From NCBI GenBank assembly GCA_964603485.1, contig CAZRVE010000002.1:1-55480 (forward strand): a stretch of DNA of 55,480 nucleotides. Reading direction: 5' to 3'. Positions within the stretch are counted from its first letter, which is position 1. Every line of letters starts with the position of its first letter. The notes below the pieces were generated by a model. It was not told where the DNA came from. It saw nothing but the letters and a program-made list of their open reading frames with translations, and did not search any database. Of this stretch, positions 33,801 through 41,469 are shown piece after piece. Position numbers and translations under genes: made by a program. The DNA comes from an uncultured Candidatus Saccharibacteria bacterium. Lineage in GTDB: Bacteria > Patescibacteriota > Minisyncoccia > Phycocordibacterales > Zambryskibacteraceae.

Positions 33801-34331
33801 AGAAAAAATATTCCAGATTGACTCAATGTAATCAGGTGTATAGGTAATATAAGGATGTTTTAAATCAACCCAATAGCCAATACGTTCGGTGAAACGCTCC
33901 CATTCATCCACGTACTTCCACACACTCTTTTTGCACTCTTCATTAAACCGAGCAATACCGTAAGCTTCAATCTCCTTCTTTGAAGTAACGCCAATTTGTT
34001 TTTCAACCTCAAGCTCCACAGGAAGTCCATGTGTATCCCATCCTGCTTTACGCAAAACTCGATAGCCCTGCATAGTTTTATAGCGAGGAAATAAATCCTT
34101 AAATGCACGCGACTCAAGATGGTGAATACCAGGACGACCGTTTGCAGTTGGCGGTCCTTCATAAAAAACAAAATCGCCTCGGGGAGAGTCTTTCTTTAGG
34201 GTTTTCTCGAAAATACCCTTTTCTTTCCAATAAGCAAGAATTGCCTCTTCGGCTTCTACCACCAAATTCTTTTTAACTTCCTTGGATAATATTTCCTCCT
34301 TATTTTCCTTAAGGTCTTTATTTTGAGCCAT
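30834..34331 (-). CDS. ileS: Isoleucyl-tRNA synthetase with an inserted histidine-phosphatase domain (1165 aa)
   Basis: PPTANGRPGIHH, editing-domain TTTPWTLPGN, KMSKSRGN. Start set at MAQNKD (34331), downstream of the sigma-factor stop. Confidence 0.95.
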   Translation of the reverse strand: MAQNKDLKENKEEILSKEVKKNLVVEAEEAILAYWKEKGIFEKTLKKDSPRGDFVFYEGPPTANGRPGIHHLESRAFKDLFPRYKTMQGYRVLRKAGWDTHGLPVELEVEKQIGVTSKKEIEAYGIARFNEECKKSVWKYVDEWERFTERIGYWVDLKHPYITYTPDYIESIWNIFSQIESKKLLYKDYKVVPWCPRCGTALSSHELAQGYADVKDLSVYVLFKDVNSEEYFSAWTTTPWTLPGNCALAVGGKIEYVLVRVEDKNIWMANDRAKILYPGAEVVKTALGSELVGREYESLYPFLKNLVPQDQKENIEKAWKIYPASFVSTEDGTGIVHTAVMYGQDDFELGTQIGLPKFHLVDETGLFIENTGIFSRRFVKDEEVAVDVIKDLAHRGLLLKKEKYEHSYPFCWRCKTPLIYYARDSWYIRMSSLRDELMRENQTIHWEPEHTRDGRFGEWLKEVKDWAISRERYWGTPLPIWESEDKQERVVIGSVDDLRARVGSRNKFFLMRHGGAIHNVKNVLSSDPEYPHTLTEEGKGEVKKAAENLKSEKIDAIYVSDFVRTKETAEIVASILGIPNDQIFYDARLREMSFGDLNGKSTEETWKFFSSDEERFEKAYPHGESFSDVRQRVGEFLHEINKKHEKETILVISHEVPLWLLESSGLGLTKAQALRLRGGSKEFVRTAGVRRFNFVELPHSSSYELDLHRPHIDTITFPDSQGKPMKRVLEVMDVWFDSGAMPYAQHHYPFENKEWFDEFGYPADFICEAIDQTRGWFYTLHAIGTLLGKGKAFKNVICLGHILDKDGQKMSKSRGNTLNPWEKIDQYGADVLRFWMYSVNQPGESKNFDERTVDDVVKKVFNLLLNVVSFYEMYKTGSPLKEKPQSTHPLDRWITISLEKLELQVTNSLDEYRPLEGARVIRDFIADLSQWYVRRSRDRFKGDDEEDKKMAIETLSFVLLRVSKVLAPFTPFLSEYIYQKIGGNTFYDSVHLESWSGGRVLSDDESKELDRMQTLRSLVTLSLEARATLGIKIRQPLRGVTLRNEELKDYPDLVQVLLQEINVKDAFFDSNQDVEIVLDGKIDENLRREGDSRELIRAIQESRKQNSLVPGDVIDVSVETTSDGEETITLFSEEIKKVCNIRNIKISINSSSAEEVSFGVSISRA
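32225..32826 (-). other. In-frame histidine phosphatase (PGAM/RHG superfamily) module inside ileS
   Basis: FFLMRHGGAIHN (RHG codons 32798-32790), SDFVRTKETAEIV, RLREMSFGDLNGK, PHGESF, LVISHE (His codon 32372-32370). Flanked by the IleRS segments YWGTPLPIW...VIGSVDDL and DLHRPHID. Confidence 0.8.
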
Positions 34332-34401
34332 ATTATAACAGTATGCTAACACGTTTCGAAGAAAAGATAAAAAATACCACCGCCAGAGAAGACGGTGGTT
34401 C

Positions 34402-35094
34402 TTATGCAATATACGGGCCAATAATTGCCACAAAAGCATTCCTTGCGCGGTTGAGCCGAGACTTTACCGTACCAAGGTTTACCCCTGTGATCTGTGCGAT
34501 TTCTTCGTATGATCTGCCCTCGAGCTCTCGGAGGATAAATACCTCTCTAAAATGAGGGGTTGTCATGCGAGCAATTGCATCTTCCACCAAAACACGAAGA
34601 TCTCGCTTTTGGAGAAGCCGTTCTGGTCCCAAACGACTGTCCTCAAACTGGAGTGGCAATTCCGTGTAATCGCGCGTATTGTTTGCCTCGAGAGCCGCGA
34701 AGAAAACGAGAGGGTTACGCGATCGATTCCGCAACTCGTTTTTTGCGAGGTTTGAGGCGATCGTATAAATCCATGTCGAGAACTTCTTTGAGCGATCAAA
34801 TCGATGTAGGTTTCTCCACACTCGAATGAAAACCTCCTGCACAAGATCCTCAGATCGCTCGCGGTCACCTACTGTTCGGTAGATGAAGTTGAAGAGGCGT
34901 GTCTGGTAACGTCGAACAAGCTCCTCAAACGCTTTCTCCTCCCCTTGCAGAAACATGGAAACAAGTTCTGTTTCCTCGGCAACCTCCAGTTTTCTTGCAA
35001 GCGAAGCGGAGGGTGAAAAAACTAAAACTTCTTTCTCGACCGACAAAACTCGTCTAGTTTGACCTCTTTGAGAAGTTCTCTCTCCTGTCTTCAT
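34402..35094 (-). CDS. RNA polymerase sigma factor, ECF/sigma-24 type
   Basis: Region 2 DLVQEVFIRVWRNLHRF...STWIYTIASNLAKN; region 4 SYEEIAQITGVNLGTVKSRLNRAR. Confidence 0.85.
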   Translation of the reverse strand: MKTGERTSQRGQTRRVLSVEKEVLVFSPSASLARKLEVAEETELVSMFLQGEEKAFEELVRRYQTRLFNFIYRTVGDRERSEDLVQEVFIRVWRNLHRFDRSKKFSTWIYTIASNLAKNELRNRSRNPLVFFAALEANNTRDYTELPLQFEDSRLGPERLLQKRDLRVLVEDAIARMTTPHFREVFILRELEGRSYEEIAQITGVNLGTVKSRLNRARNAFVAIIGPYIA

Positions 35095-35190
35095 GATCCT
35101 TTCTCCCTATTAAGGATGAGAAGAGCTCTGATGGTACCGTCCTTAACCTACTATACTCTCTCTAAAAGAAAATCAAATAAATAATTGGGC

Positions 35191-35220
35191 AAGAAGAAAC
35201 CCCCATCCGATGGATGGGGG
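35191..35220 (-). terminator. Rho-independent terminator after CDS 35250-35738
   Basis: 9-bp stem CCCCCATCC / GGATGGGGG with a T-rich tail on the minus strand. Confidence 0.7.
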
Positions 35221-35249
35221 TTGTCCCGCGCCCTGAAACCGAGAAGGTC

Positions 35250-35738
35250 TCAGAGGTTAAGGTGGAGAAGCGTATCCTGCTCCCGGGTCGACGAAGTGGC
35301 GATGAGGGGCGACGGGTTCGTGCGCGGCGTGACAGACGCGGTCATGGAACTTCGCCAGAGCGCGTCGCGTGCCGTGGGCGCCGGTTCGTTCGTCATGTTG
35401 GACTGGCTGGCCGATGGTCGAGCGGAAGCGTACGTACTCGCGTGTACGACAGCGATGTCACGAGTGACGGTATCCGGTGGCTCCGGAGCTTCGGCGATCT
35501 GGACGGCCGGAATCGGGCTCTTCTCGACGACGAGAAGTTCGATCGTGACCACGCCGATGGTGTCGAGGCCGGCGGAGGTCTGAACGACGACGGTGATGTT
35601 CTCGATCGTGATCGGTACGGCGGTGACAGCTTCGTTATAAGCGGTGTTGCCTTGGGCCTGTGCGGTGACAGGTGGCCCGACCGCTGCGATAGCAGCGACC
35701 AAGCCCAGCGCGACGAACGCTCGGGTCAGCTTGACCAT
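35250..35738 (-). CDS. Secreted hypothetical protein, strongly G+C-rich cassette (162 aa)
   Basis: AGGAGG upstream of the ATG; signal peptide MVKLTRAFVALGLVAAIAAVGPPVTAQAQG. The antisense strand is also open for >130 codons, which is a sign of high G+C. Confidence 0.65.
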   Translation of the reverse strand: MVKLTRAFVALGLVAAIAAVGPPVTAQAQGNTAYNEAVTAVPITIENITVVVQTSAGLDTIGVVTIELLVVEKSPIPAVQIAEAPEPPDTVTRDIAVVHASTYASARPSASQSNMTNEPAPTARDALWRSSMTASVTPRTNPSPLIATSSTREQDTLLHLNL

Positions 35739-35875
35739 GTCCCCTCCTGGGGCTACGGGTGGAAAGATCGACTACATTTATAACTGTACCGATTATAGTT
35801 TTTATGTCAAATAAACAAATTCCTGAGTATCAAAATAATTTACCAACGCATAACTTCATCACAAAGTCCTTCGAG

Positions 35876-37564
35876 TTACATCGCAAGAGGAGCCGGGATA
35901 CCAAGAAAAGCTAAGCCATTTTTGAGCACTTCTCCCACCGCTTCAGTAATTGCTACTTTTGTCCCTGAAGAAGCATCATTCTGGTTCACAATCTGCTCCT
36001 CTGCATAAAATCGATTGAAGAGCGCGCAGATTTCCGTGAGATACGTAACTATATAGTGAGAGGCAAGTTCTTTCCCAGAGCGTTCAACAACTTCCGGAAA
36101 ACGATAAAGCTTTTGCACTAAATCATTCACAAGAAATGACTCGACTGAGACGTGAGAGTTCACCCCCGCATCATGGGCCTTTCGTAATATTGATTGAGTA
36201 CGAGCAAATGTATATTGAAGATACGGACCAGAATCCCCTTCGAAAGAGATAGATTTATTAAAATCAAAAATAATATCTTTTCCTGGTGCCTGTTTTAGGA
36301 TCGAGTACTTTATTGCTGCAACCGCAACGTCGAGAGCGAGTTTTTCCTTATCTTCAATTCCTCGGTCACTTTCAAAAATTTTTTCCAAGGTTCTTTTCTT
36401 AGTTTCTTCAATCAACCATTGTGCGGTGATTACATCCCCTGTTCGTGAAGACATCTTGCCACTCGCAAGTCGAAGCATTCCATGAGGAACGTGCTCAGTT
36501 TTTTTCGCAAGCTCAGGAAATATTTCTCCCATCGCACAAAGAAGCACTCGGAAGTAATCGTTGATTTCATTTCCTGTAATCACAATTGAACGATCGTAGG
36601 GATAAATGTCATATTTAATCTTTGCAAGACCCAGCTCTTTAGCCTCGTAAGTCGGGAGGCCTTCCTTGTTTATAAACACTCGCGTGTGAAGAGTAGTGTC
36701 ACGCTTCTCTCCTCGGAAAATAATCGCCCCTTCGCTTTCCTCAAAAACTTCTCCGTGTTTATGCACAAGAGCTTTGCCAAATTCTCCTGAAGTAGATTCG
36801 AAGAAATAAAAATCAAATTTTGTTCCGAGCGTTTGATATATGGTCTCAAAATAGTCGAGTGCGAGCTTGCGACCCAGTTGATACACCTCGTTGACCTCCT
36901 CTTCTTCTTTGTTGTAAATAAGTTTATTTGTTTCAACTACCTTCTTTTTGAAATCTTCATCAGCGTCATATCTCTTAGATCCTTCAGCGTACGTGTGCGC
37001 AACATCTTGTACCGTATTCCATGAAATATTTTTGTCGATTTTTTGAGCCACAGCTTTTGCAACATGAAGACCCATGTCCCCTTGGTAGCATGCCCGTTTC
37101 ACCTCAGCTCCGTTACCAGAAATAATAGTTGCAATAGATTCGCCAATCGCATTACTCATCAGATGCCCAATATGAAACTCCTTAATGGGATTAGGGTCTG
37201 TATACTCAACGATTGTCTTCTGCCCTTCTAGAGAATTATTCTTCCCAAATTCCCCCGGACGAGAAAGAATTGTCTCAATACTTTTACTAAAAAAATCTTT
37301 TGTAAGAAAAAAATTAATAAAACCCGGGCCCGCAATAGTCATTGTTTGAACAGAATCCGGCTTACCCTTCTCTAGCTCAAGAAGAATCTTCTCAGATATT
37401 TCTTTGGGATTTGCACCAATCTGCTTTGCCACCACAAGAGCAACATTAGTTGAATAATCGCCGTGAAGGAGATCCGCGGGATGCTCGACGACAAAATCGA
37501 CCTCCGGCAAATCGAGGTCTTTTGTGGTCTTTTCTATAAGGGTACGGATCTCAAAAGCAATCAT
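35876..37564 (-). CDS. argS: Arginyl-tRNA synthetase
   Basis: EYTDPNPIKEFHIGHLMSN (HIGH) motif; C-terminal DALR-type domain; terminal Met. Confidence 0.95.
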   Translation of the reverse strand: MIAFEIRTLIEKTTKDLDLPEVDFVVEHPADLLHGDYSTNVALVVAKQIGANPKEISEKILLELEKGKPDSVQTMTIAGPGFINFFLTKDFFSKSIETILSRPGEFGKNNSLEGQKTIVEYTDPNPIKEFHIGHLMSNAIGESIATIISGNGAEVKRACYQGDMGLHVAKAVAQKIDKNISWNTVQDVAHTYAEGSKRYDADEDFKKKVVETNKLIYNKEEEEVNEVYQLGRKLALDYFETIYQTLGTKFDFYFFESTSGEFGKALVHKHGEVFEESEGAIIFRGEKRDTTLHTRVFINKEGLPTYEAKELGLAKIKYDIYPYDRSIVITGNEINDYFRVLLCAMGEIFPELAKKTEHVPHGMLRLASGKMSSRTGDVITAQWLIEETKKRTLEKIFESDRGIEDKEKLALDVAVAAIKYSILKQAPGKDIIFDFNKSISFEGDSGPYLQYTFARTQSILRKAHDAGVNSHVSVESFLVNDLVQKLYRFPEVVERSGKELASHYIVTYLTEICALFNRFYAEEQIVNQNDASSGTKVAITEAVGEVLKNGLAFLGIPAPLAM

Positions 37565-37678
37565 ACCGCCAATGATAGCAAAGAATTTTAGAGAAAAGAA
37601 AAATCATAGACAAAGGGATGAAAATACATAGTATGGGACTTGGAATGCCGTCCCTTCACAACCAATAAGGAGTGTCAC

Positions 37679-38584
37679 ATGACCGGAACGCCTCAAGAGC
37701 CTCAAGGCTCATTTGACGGACAGTACGCTGGTATTCTTTTGCATCTACTCAACGAGGGTGTCCACAGTCGACATCCACATCAGGACAAGAGCCGTATCAC
37801 GAGCCTCACAACGGCCAACATGGTGTTTAATCTCGCGGACGGCTTTCCGATGATTCCCAATCGAGACGTCAGCAAGTTCTGGCGCCGACCAATTGCCGAA
37901 CTCATCGCCTTCATCAACGGCGCGCGTACCCTCGAACAACTGAAAGAGTACGGGGGGAAGTATTGGGCAAGTTGGTGGGATCGCTGGGCAACAGAAGAGA
38001 AGTGCCGAACGTTTGGATTGCCTCCTGGTGATCTCGGCCCAGGATCTTATGGTCCTGGCTTCGTACGTGTTCAACGAGATGGCACAACTTTCAACCAGGT
38101 TGAGCATCTCGTCCAAGAAATTCGCGACATGCCCGGCCTTTCCACCCATCGCATCACACCCTGGATTCCAGAACTCACACTGCAACACCATGGCCGTAAA
38201 AGGCAGGTAGTTGTGGCTCCGTGCCATGGAGATGTGCAGGTAACGATCCTCGGTGGAAAACTTCACCTGCGCATGGACCAAAGATCTGGGGATGTGCCCG
38301 TGGGAGTTCCTTCAAACATGATTCAATGGGCAGCCTTTGCCTTGATGCTTGCTCAGGTCACTGGATACGAGCCGGGCCTCTTCATTCATTCGATTCACGA
38401 CGCTCACATGTATTCTGATCAGGTCGAGCGCGTGAAAGAACTTGTCGGAAGAGTCGCACGCCCCCTCCCTACGGTTCGCATCACCAGAACGGATGTCACA
38501 AATATTTTCGACTTCCGTCCTGAAGATTTTGAGGTCGAGGGCTATCACCCGCTTCCGGCGATGGAAATTCCCGTTACGGAGTAA
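37679..38584 (+). CDS. thyA: Thymidylate synthase ThyA-family enzyme (divergent)
   Basis: AAGGAG sits 6 nt before the ATG at 37679. Catalytic APCH, DQRSGDVPVGVPSNMIQW (the R-S-D and Asn of the ThyA core), and DAHMY. Confidence 0.75.
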   Translation: MTGTPQEPQGSFDGQYAGILLHLLNEGVHSRHPHQDKSRITSLTTANMVFNLADGFPMIPNRDVSKFWRRPIAELIAFINGARTLEQLKEYGGKYWASWWDRWATEEKCRTFGLPPGDLGPGSYGPGFVRVQRDGTTFNQVEHLVQEIRDMPGLSTHRITPWIPELTLQHHGRKRQVVVAPCHGDVQVTILGGKLHLRMDQRSGDVPVGVPSNMIQWAAFALMLAQVTGYEPGLFIHSIHDAHMYSDQVERVKELVGRVARPLPTVRITRTDVTNIFDFRPEDFEVEGYHPLPAMEIPVTE

Positions 38585-38586
38585 TC

Positions 38587-39516
38587 ATGCGAACCGCGCT
38601 TATTGCAGCAATTTCAGATAACGGAGTGATCGGAAATAATAGATCACTCCCGTGGGCTAAGATCTCCGCTGACATGAAATGGTTCAGAGAAAGAACCGGC
38701 GGACACTCAGTGATCATGGGCAGAAAAACTTGGGAATCACTTCCTAAAGAATTCCGCCCACTTCACGGCAGGCAGAATATCGTAGTCTCAACGCAAAGCT
38801 TGAAACTTCCGGGAGATGTCCTGGTTGTCTCATCGCTTGAAAATGCGCTCGAGGTTGCAAGAGATAGGCCGTTCATTATTGGCGGAGAGTCAATCTACCG
38901 CCAAGCCCTCCCCCTCGTTGACGAAATGTATCTCACAAGGGTACACCAAGACGTAGAGGGTGATGTAAGATTTCCCGACTGGAACCAAGACGAATGGAAT
39001 CTGGTCTGGAGGAAAGATGACGCGCTCGGTAGGATCACTTGGGAAGTGTACTATCGCAAAACTCCACTCTACGAGTTTTCAGCGACTCGAGATCCGAAAC
39101 AGTACCAAATCATGGAAGGCCTCCTCGCAAAGGGTCAGTGTCATTTTTGCCCGGAGGCATTTGCAGAACATCACAAAGCTCCGATACTTTGGAAAGGGAT
39201 TCACTGGTTCGTCACAGAGAATGATTTCCCTTACAAAGGAGCTCGATGTCACTTCATGATGGTTCTCCAAAATCATGTGGAAACTCTTTCGGGAGTGCCA
39301 CCTGGAGCTTGGGAGGAAATGGGCACAATTCTCAGGTGGCTCGAGCAACACTACGGGATTGAAGGTGGAGCTTTGGGTTTTCGCTTTGGCGAACCTGTAC
39401 GTTCAGGAGCAAGCATCCGACACGTGCACGCTCATGTCATTGTGCCTGAAGTTGGAGCGCCACCCGTACCTTTCTTTATTGGCTGTTACAAAGCTTCTCA
39501 AATCACCCTTCCATAG
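38587..39516 (+). CDS. folA: Dihydrofolate reductase fused to a C-terminal HIT-family (HxHxHxx) domain
   Basis: DHFR: LIAAISDNGVIGNNRSLPW, VIMGRKTWESLP, IIGGESIY. HIT: CHFCPEAF and RHVHAHVIVP (39421-39435). Confidence 0.8.
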   Translation: MRTALIAAISDNGVIGNNRSLPWAKISADMKWFRERTGGHSVIMGRKTWESLPKEFRPLHGRQNIVVSTQSLKLPGDVLVVSSLENALEVARDRPFIIGGESIYRQALPLVDEMYLTRVHQDVEGDVRFPDWNQDEWNLVWRKDDALGRITWEVYYRKTPLYEFSATRDPKQYQIMEGLLAKGQCHFCPEAFAEHHKAPILWKGIHWFVTENDFPYKGARCHFMMVLQNHVETLSGVPPGAWEEMGTILRWLEQHYGIEGGALGFRFGEPVRSGASIRHVHAHVIVPEVGAPPVPFFIGCYKASQITLP

Positions 39517-39528
39517 GAAGGGTGATTT

Positions 39529-40356
39529 TTATTTACTTACTCTTATTATTTTTATACCGTTCTTTTGAAATACATCTTTCGCATTTAAAAGAGAGTACCC
39601 ATCAGAGTAGTACACGGTTTTAATGCCAGCCTTAGCGATAAGCATTGCGCAAGTAGGACACGGAAAAGTGGTAACAAAAATTTCTGATTCCAGAAGCGAA
39701 CATCCTTTTTGTGCAGCAAGTGCAATGATCGCAGCTTCACCATGGATCGCGGTGTATAAATCAAGGTGCGTTCCTGCATCAACATTTGACCTAGGGTCTC
39801 CATCGATATTCACCGACTCTTCTGATGGCATGTGTTGATTGTGAGAAGTGAGCACCTCCCCGCTCTTAAGCCTTACCGCAACGCCAACCTGCCTCCACCA
39901 ATCACTACTCCTCTTCGCCTCATTAAACGCGGCCCTCATTAATTTTTTATGAACTTCATCTTGAGAAATTACCTCAAAAGAATCTGGAATATCTTTAGAA
40001 AAAGCCTTTACCGCACTCCAACGAATAAAACTTGTATCGAGAGTAATCTTTTTGCCAGAAAAATACTTTTCCTTTAATCCGTCACTGACCTCGTCTTCAG
40101 GTAAAATTATTTCATCATAGGTCTCAATTTCAGAAAGCGAATCCTTTTCTAGGACTTTGACTTCGGGAGCAAGAGAAATCGCTCGGGCTTGAAGGGCGAT
40201 TTGTTCAGGAGATAAAGCCCTAAGATCCCTCTCGAGAAGAGAGAACTCTTGTTTAAGACTTTGACCGAGAACGTAGAGGCAGTCTGGCTTTTGCCTTTGG
40301 CACATTTCTAGATGACCTGTGTGTATTACCGGAATGTATGCGATGAGTGCTTTCAT
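39529..40356 (-). CDS. Two-domain protein: N-terminal HxGH-containing (nucleotidyltransferase-like?) region + C-terminal dCMP/cytidine deaminase
   Basis: C-terminal zinc motifs HGEAAII and PCPTCAMLIAKAGI. N-terminus has IPVIHTGH. Confidence 0.7.
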   Translation of the reverse strand: MKALIAYIPVIHTGHLEMCQRQKPDCLYVLGQSLKQEFSLLERDLRALSPEQIALQARAISLAPEVKVLEKDSLSEIETYDEIILPEDEVSDGLKEKYFSGKKITLDTSFIRWSAVKAFSKDIPDSFEVISQDEVHKKLMRAAFNEAKRSSDWWRQVGVAVRLKSGEVLTSHNQHMPSEESVNIDGDPRSNVDAGTHLDLYTAIHGEAAIIALAAQKGCSLLESEIFVTTFPCPTCAMLIAKAGIKTVYYSDGYSLLNAKDVFQKNGIKIIRVSK

Positions 40357-40966
40357 TACTATTCATACTACTTAAGAAATCCCCAATAAGCTGTGTCATT
40401 CTGCGGCCAAGATCCTCAGCGCCCTCAACCATCATCCTCCGTAATTTTGCAGTAGTTGACGTTGAAGCTTGTGAAGGAAGAATCTTTATCTCGCCACAAT
40501 ATCGAATAAGATTCTTTTGATCTTTGTCAGTAAAACTCGACGTGGTCTGAGACATCACAAGAACATCCGGCTTTACCAACTTGATAAGCTGGTACATATG
40601 CTCGTGCTCATGACGAGGAGTAACGATGTCTACAGCCTTAAGACTTGCCAAAATCTCAAGTCTATCTTCGAAACGATCAAATGGTCTCGTGGGACCTTTC
40701 ATCTTCCTCGTAAGCTCATCGGTGTCCAAACCGACAATAAGAATATCACCATGACCTTTTGCCGTCTCCAGATAACGCTTATGTCCTACATGAAAAAGGT
40801 CGTACACCCCTTGAGTAAGTACTATTCTGTAACCAGCCTGTTTAAGTGTTCGCACTGCAACATCAAGAGTTTTTTTATCAGGAACGTATCGGTCTTCTAA
40901 CCGAAGCCCCCCGCTTAGGATATTTTTTACAACCTTTGAATCATTTGAAGAGATTACCTTCCCCAT
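40253..40966 (-). CDS. Cytidylyltransferase-like (HxGH) nucleotidyltransferase (TagD/RfaE-II/RibL-like)
   Basis: GVYDLFHVGHKRYLETAKGHGDILIVGLDTD...; ...TSTTAKLRR. Start set at MGKVISS (40966), below the rplK terminator. The 3' tail overlaps the next gene by 104 nt. Confidence 0.6.
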   Translation of the reverse strand: MGKVISSNDSKVVKNILSGGLRLEDRYVPDKKTLDVAVRTLKQAGYRIVLTQGVYDLFHVGHKRYLETAKGHGDILIVGLDTDELTRKMKGPTRPFDRFEDRLEILASLKAVDIVTPRHEHEHMYQLIKLVKPDVLVMSQTTSSFTDKDQKNLIRYCGEIKILPSQASTSTTAKLRRMMVEGAEDLGRRMTQLIGDFLSSMNSNESTHRIHSGNTHRSSRNVPKAKARLPLRSRSKS

Positions 40967-40990
40967 AGATATAACTATAATATCGACTTC

Positions 40991-41018
40991 TAAAAACAAA
41001 ACCCCTTGACGGGGTTTT
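40991..41018 (-). terminator. Rho-independent terminator directly after rplK
   Basis: Stem AAAACCCC / GGGGTTTT, TTGAC loop, flanking A/T runs. Confidence 0.7.
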
Positions 41019-41022
41019 GTTT

Positions 41023-41448
41023 TTATTCCTTGATGTCTACTCCCATACTTCGGGCAGTCCCAGCAATGATCTTCATTGCGGCTTCAACATCATTTGCATT
41101 AAGATCCGGCATCTTTGTTTCTGCAATTTCTCGTAGTTGTGCCTTAGAGAGTTTTCCTATCTTTGCTGTATTAGGTTTTCCTGACCCCTTCTCTACTCCC
41201 AAAGCGCGAGTGATGAGACTTGATGCAGGAGGTGTTTTTAGTATAAATGTGAAGCTTCGGTCTTCGTATACAGTAATTTCTGCAGGAATAGTCTGCCCCA
41301 TCATCTCCCGAGTTGCATCATTGAATTGCTTGATAAACTCTCCAATGTTAATACCCGCCTGACCAAGAATTGGACCTGCTGGTGGTGCGGGTGTTGCCTT
41401 ACCTGCGGGGAAGACGATTTTTAGCTTTTTTGTTACCTTCTTTGCCAT
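41023..41448 (-). CDS. rplK: 50S ribosomal protein L11
   Basis: [27 protein letters not shown]... is the canonical L11 N-terminus. Confidence 0.95.
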   Translation of the reverse strand: MAKKVTKKLKIVFPAGKATPAPPAGPILGQAGINIGEFIKQFNDATREMMGQTIPAEITVYEDRSFTFILKTPPASSLITRALGVEKGSGKPNTAKIGKLSKAQLREIAETKMPDLNANDVEAAMKIIAGTARSMGVDIKE

Positions 41449-41469
41449 ATAAGTACGAGAAAGACTACC

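Noticed and set aside
34332-34439. Upstream 36 codons of the ileS ORF (MLLWQLLARIL...)
   Set aside because: This part overlaps the 3' end of the sigma-factor gene and has no IleRS homology. The MAQNKD start at 34331 precedes the conserved N-terminus.
35185-35783. Plus-strand ORFs 35185-35583 and 35214-35783 (132 and 189 aa)
   Set aside because: These are Arg/Gly-rich shadow ORFs caused by high G+C. The minus-strand ORF has the SD, the signal peptide and the terminator.
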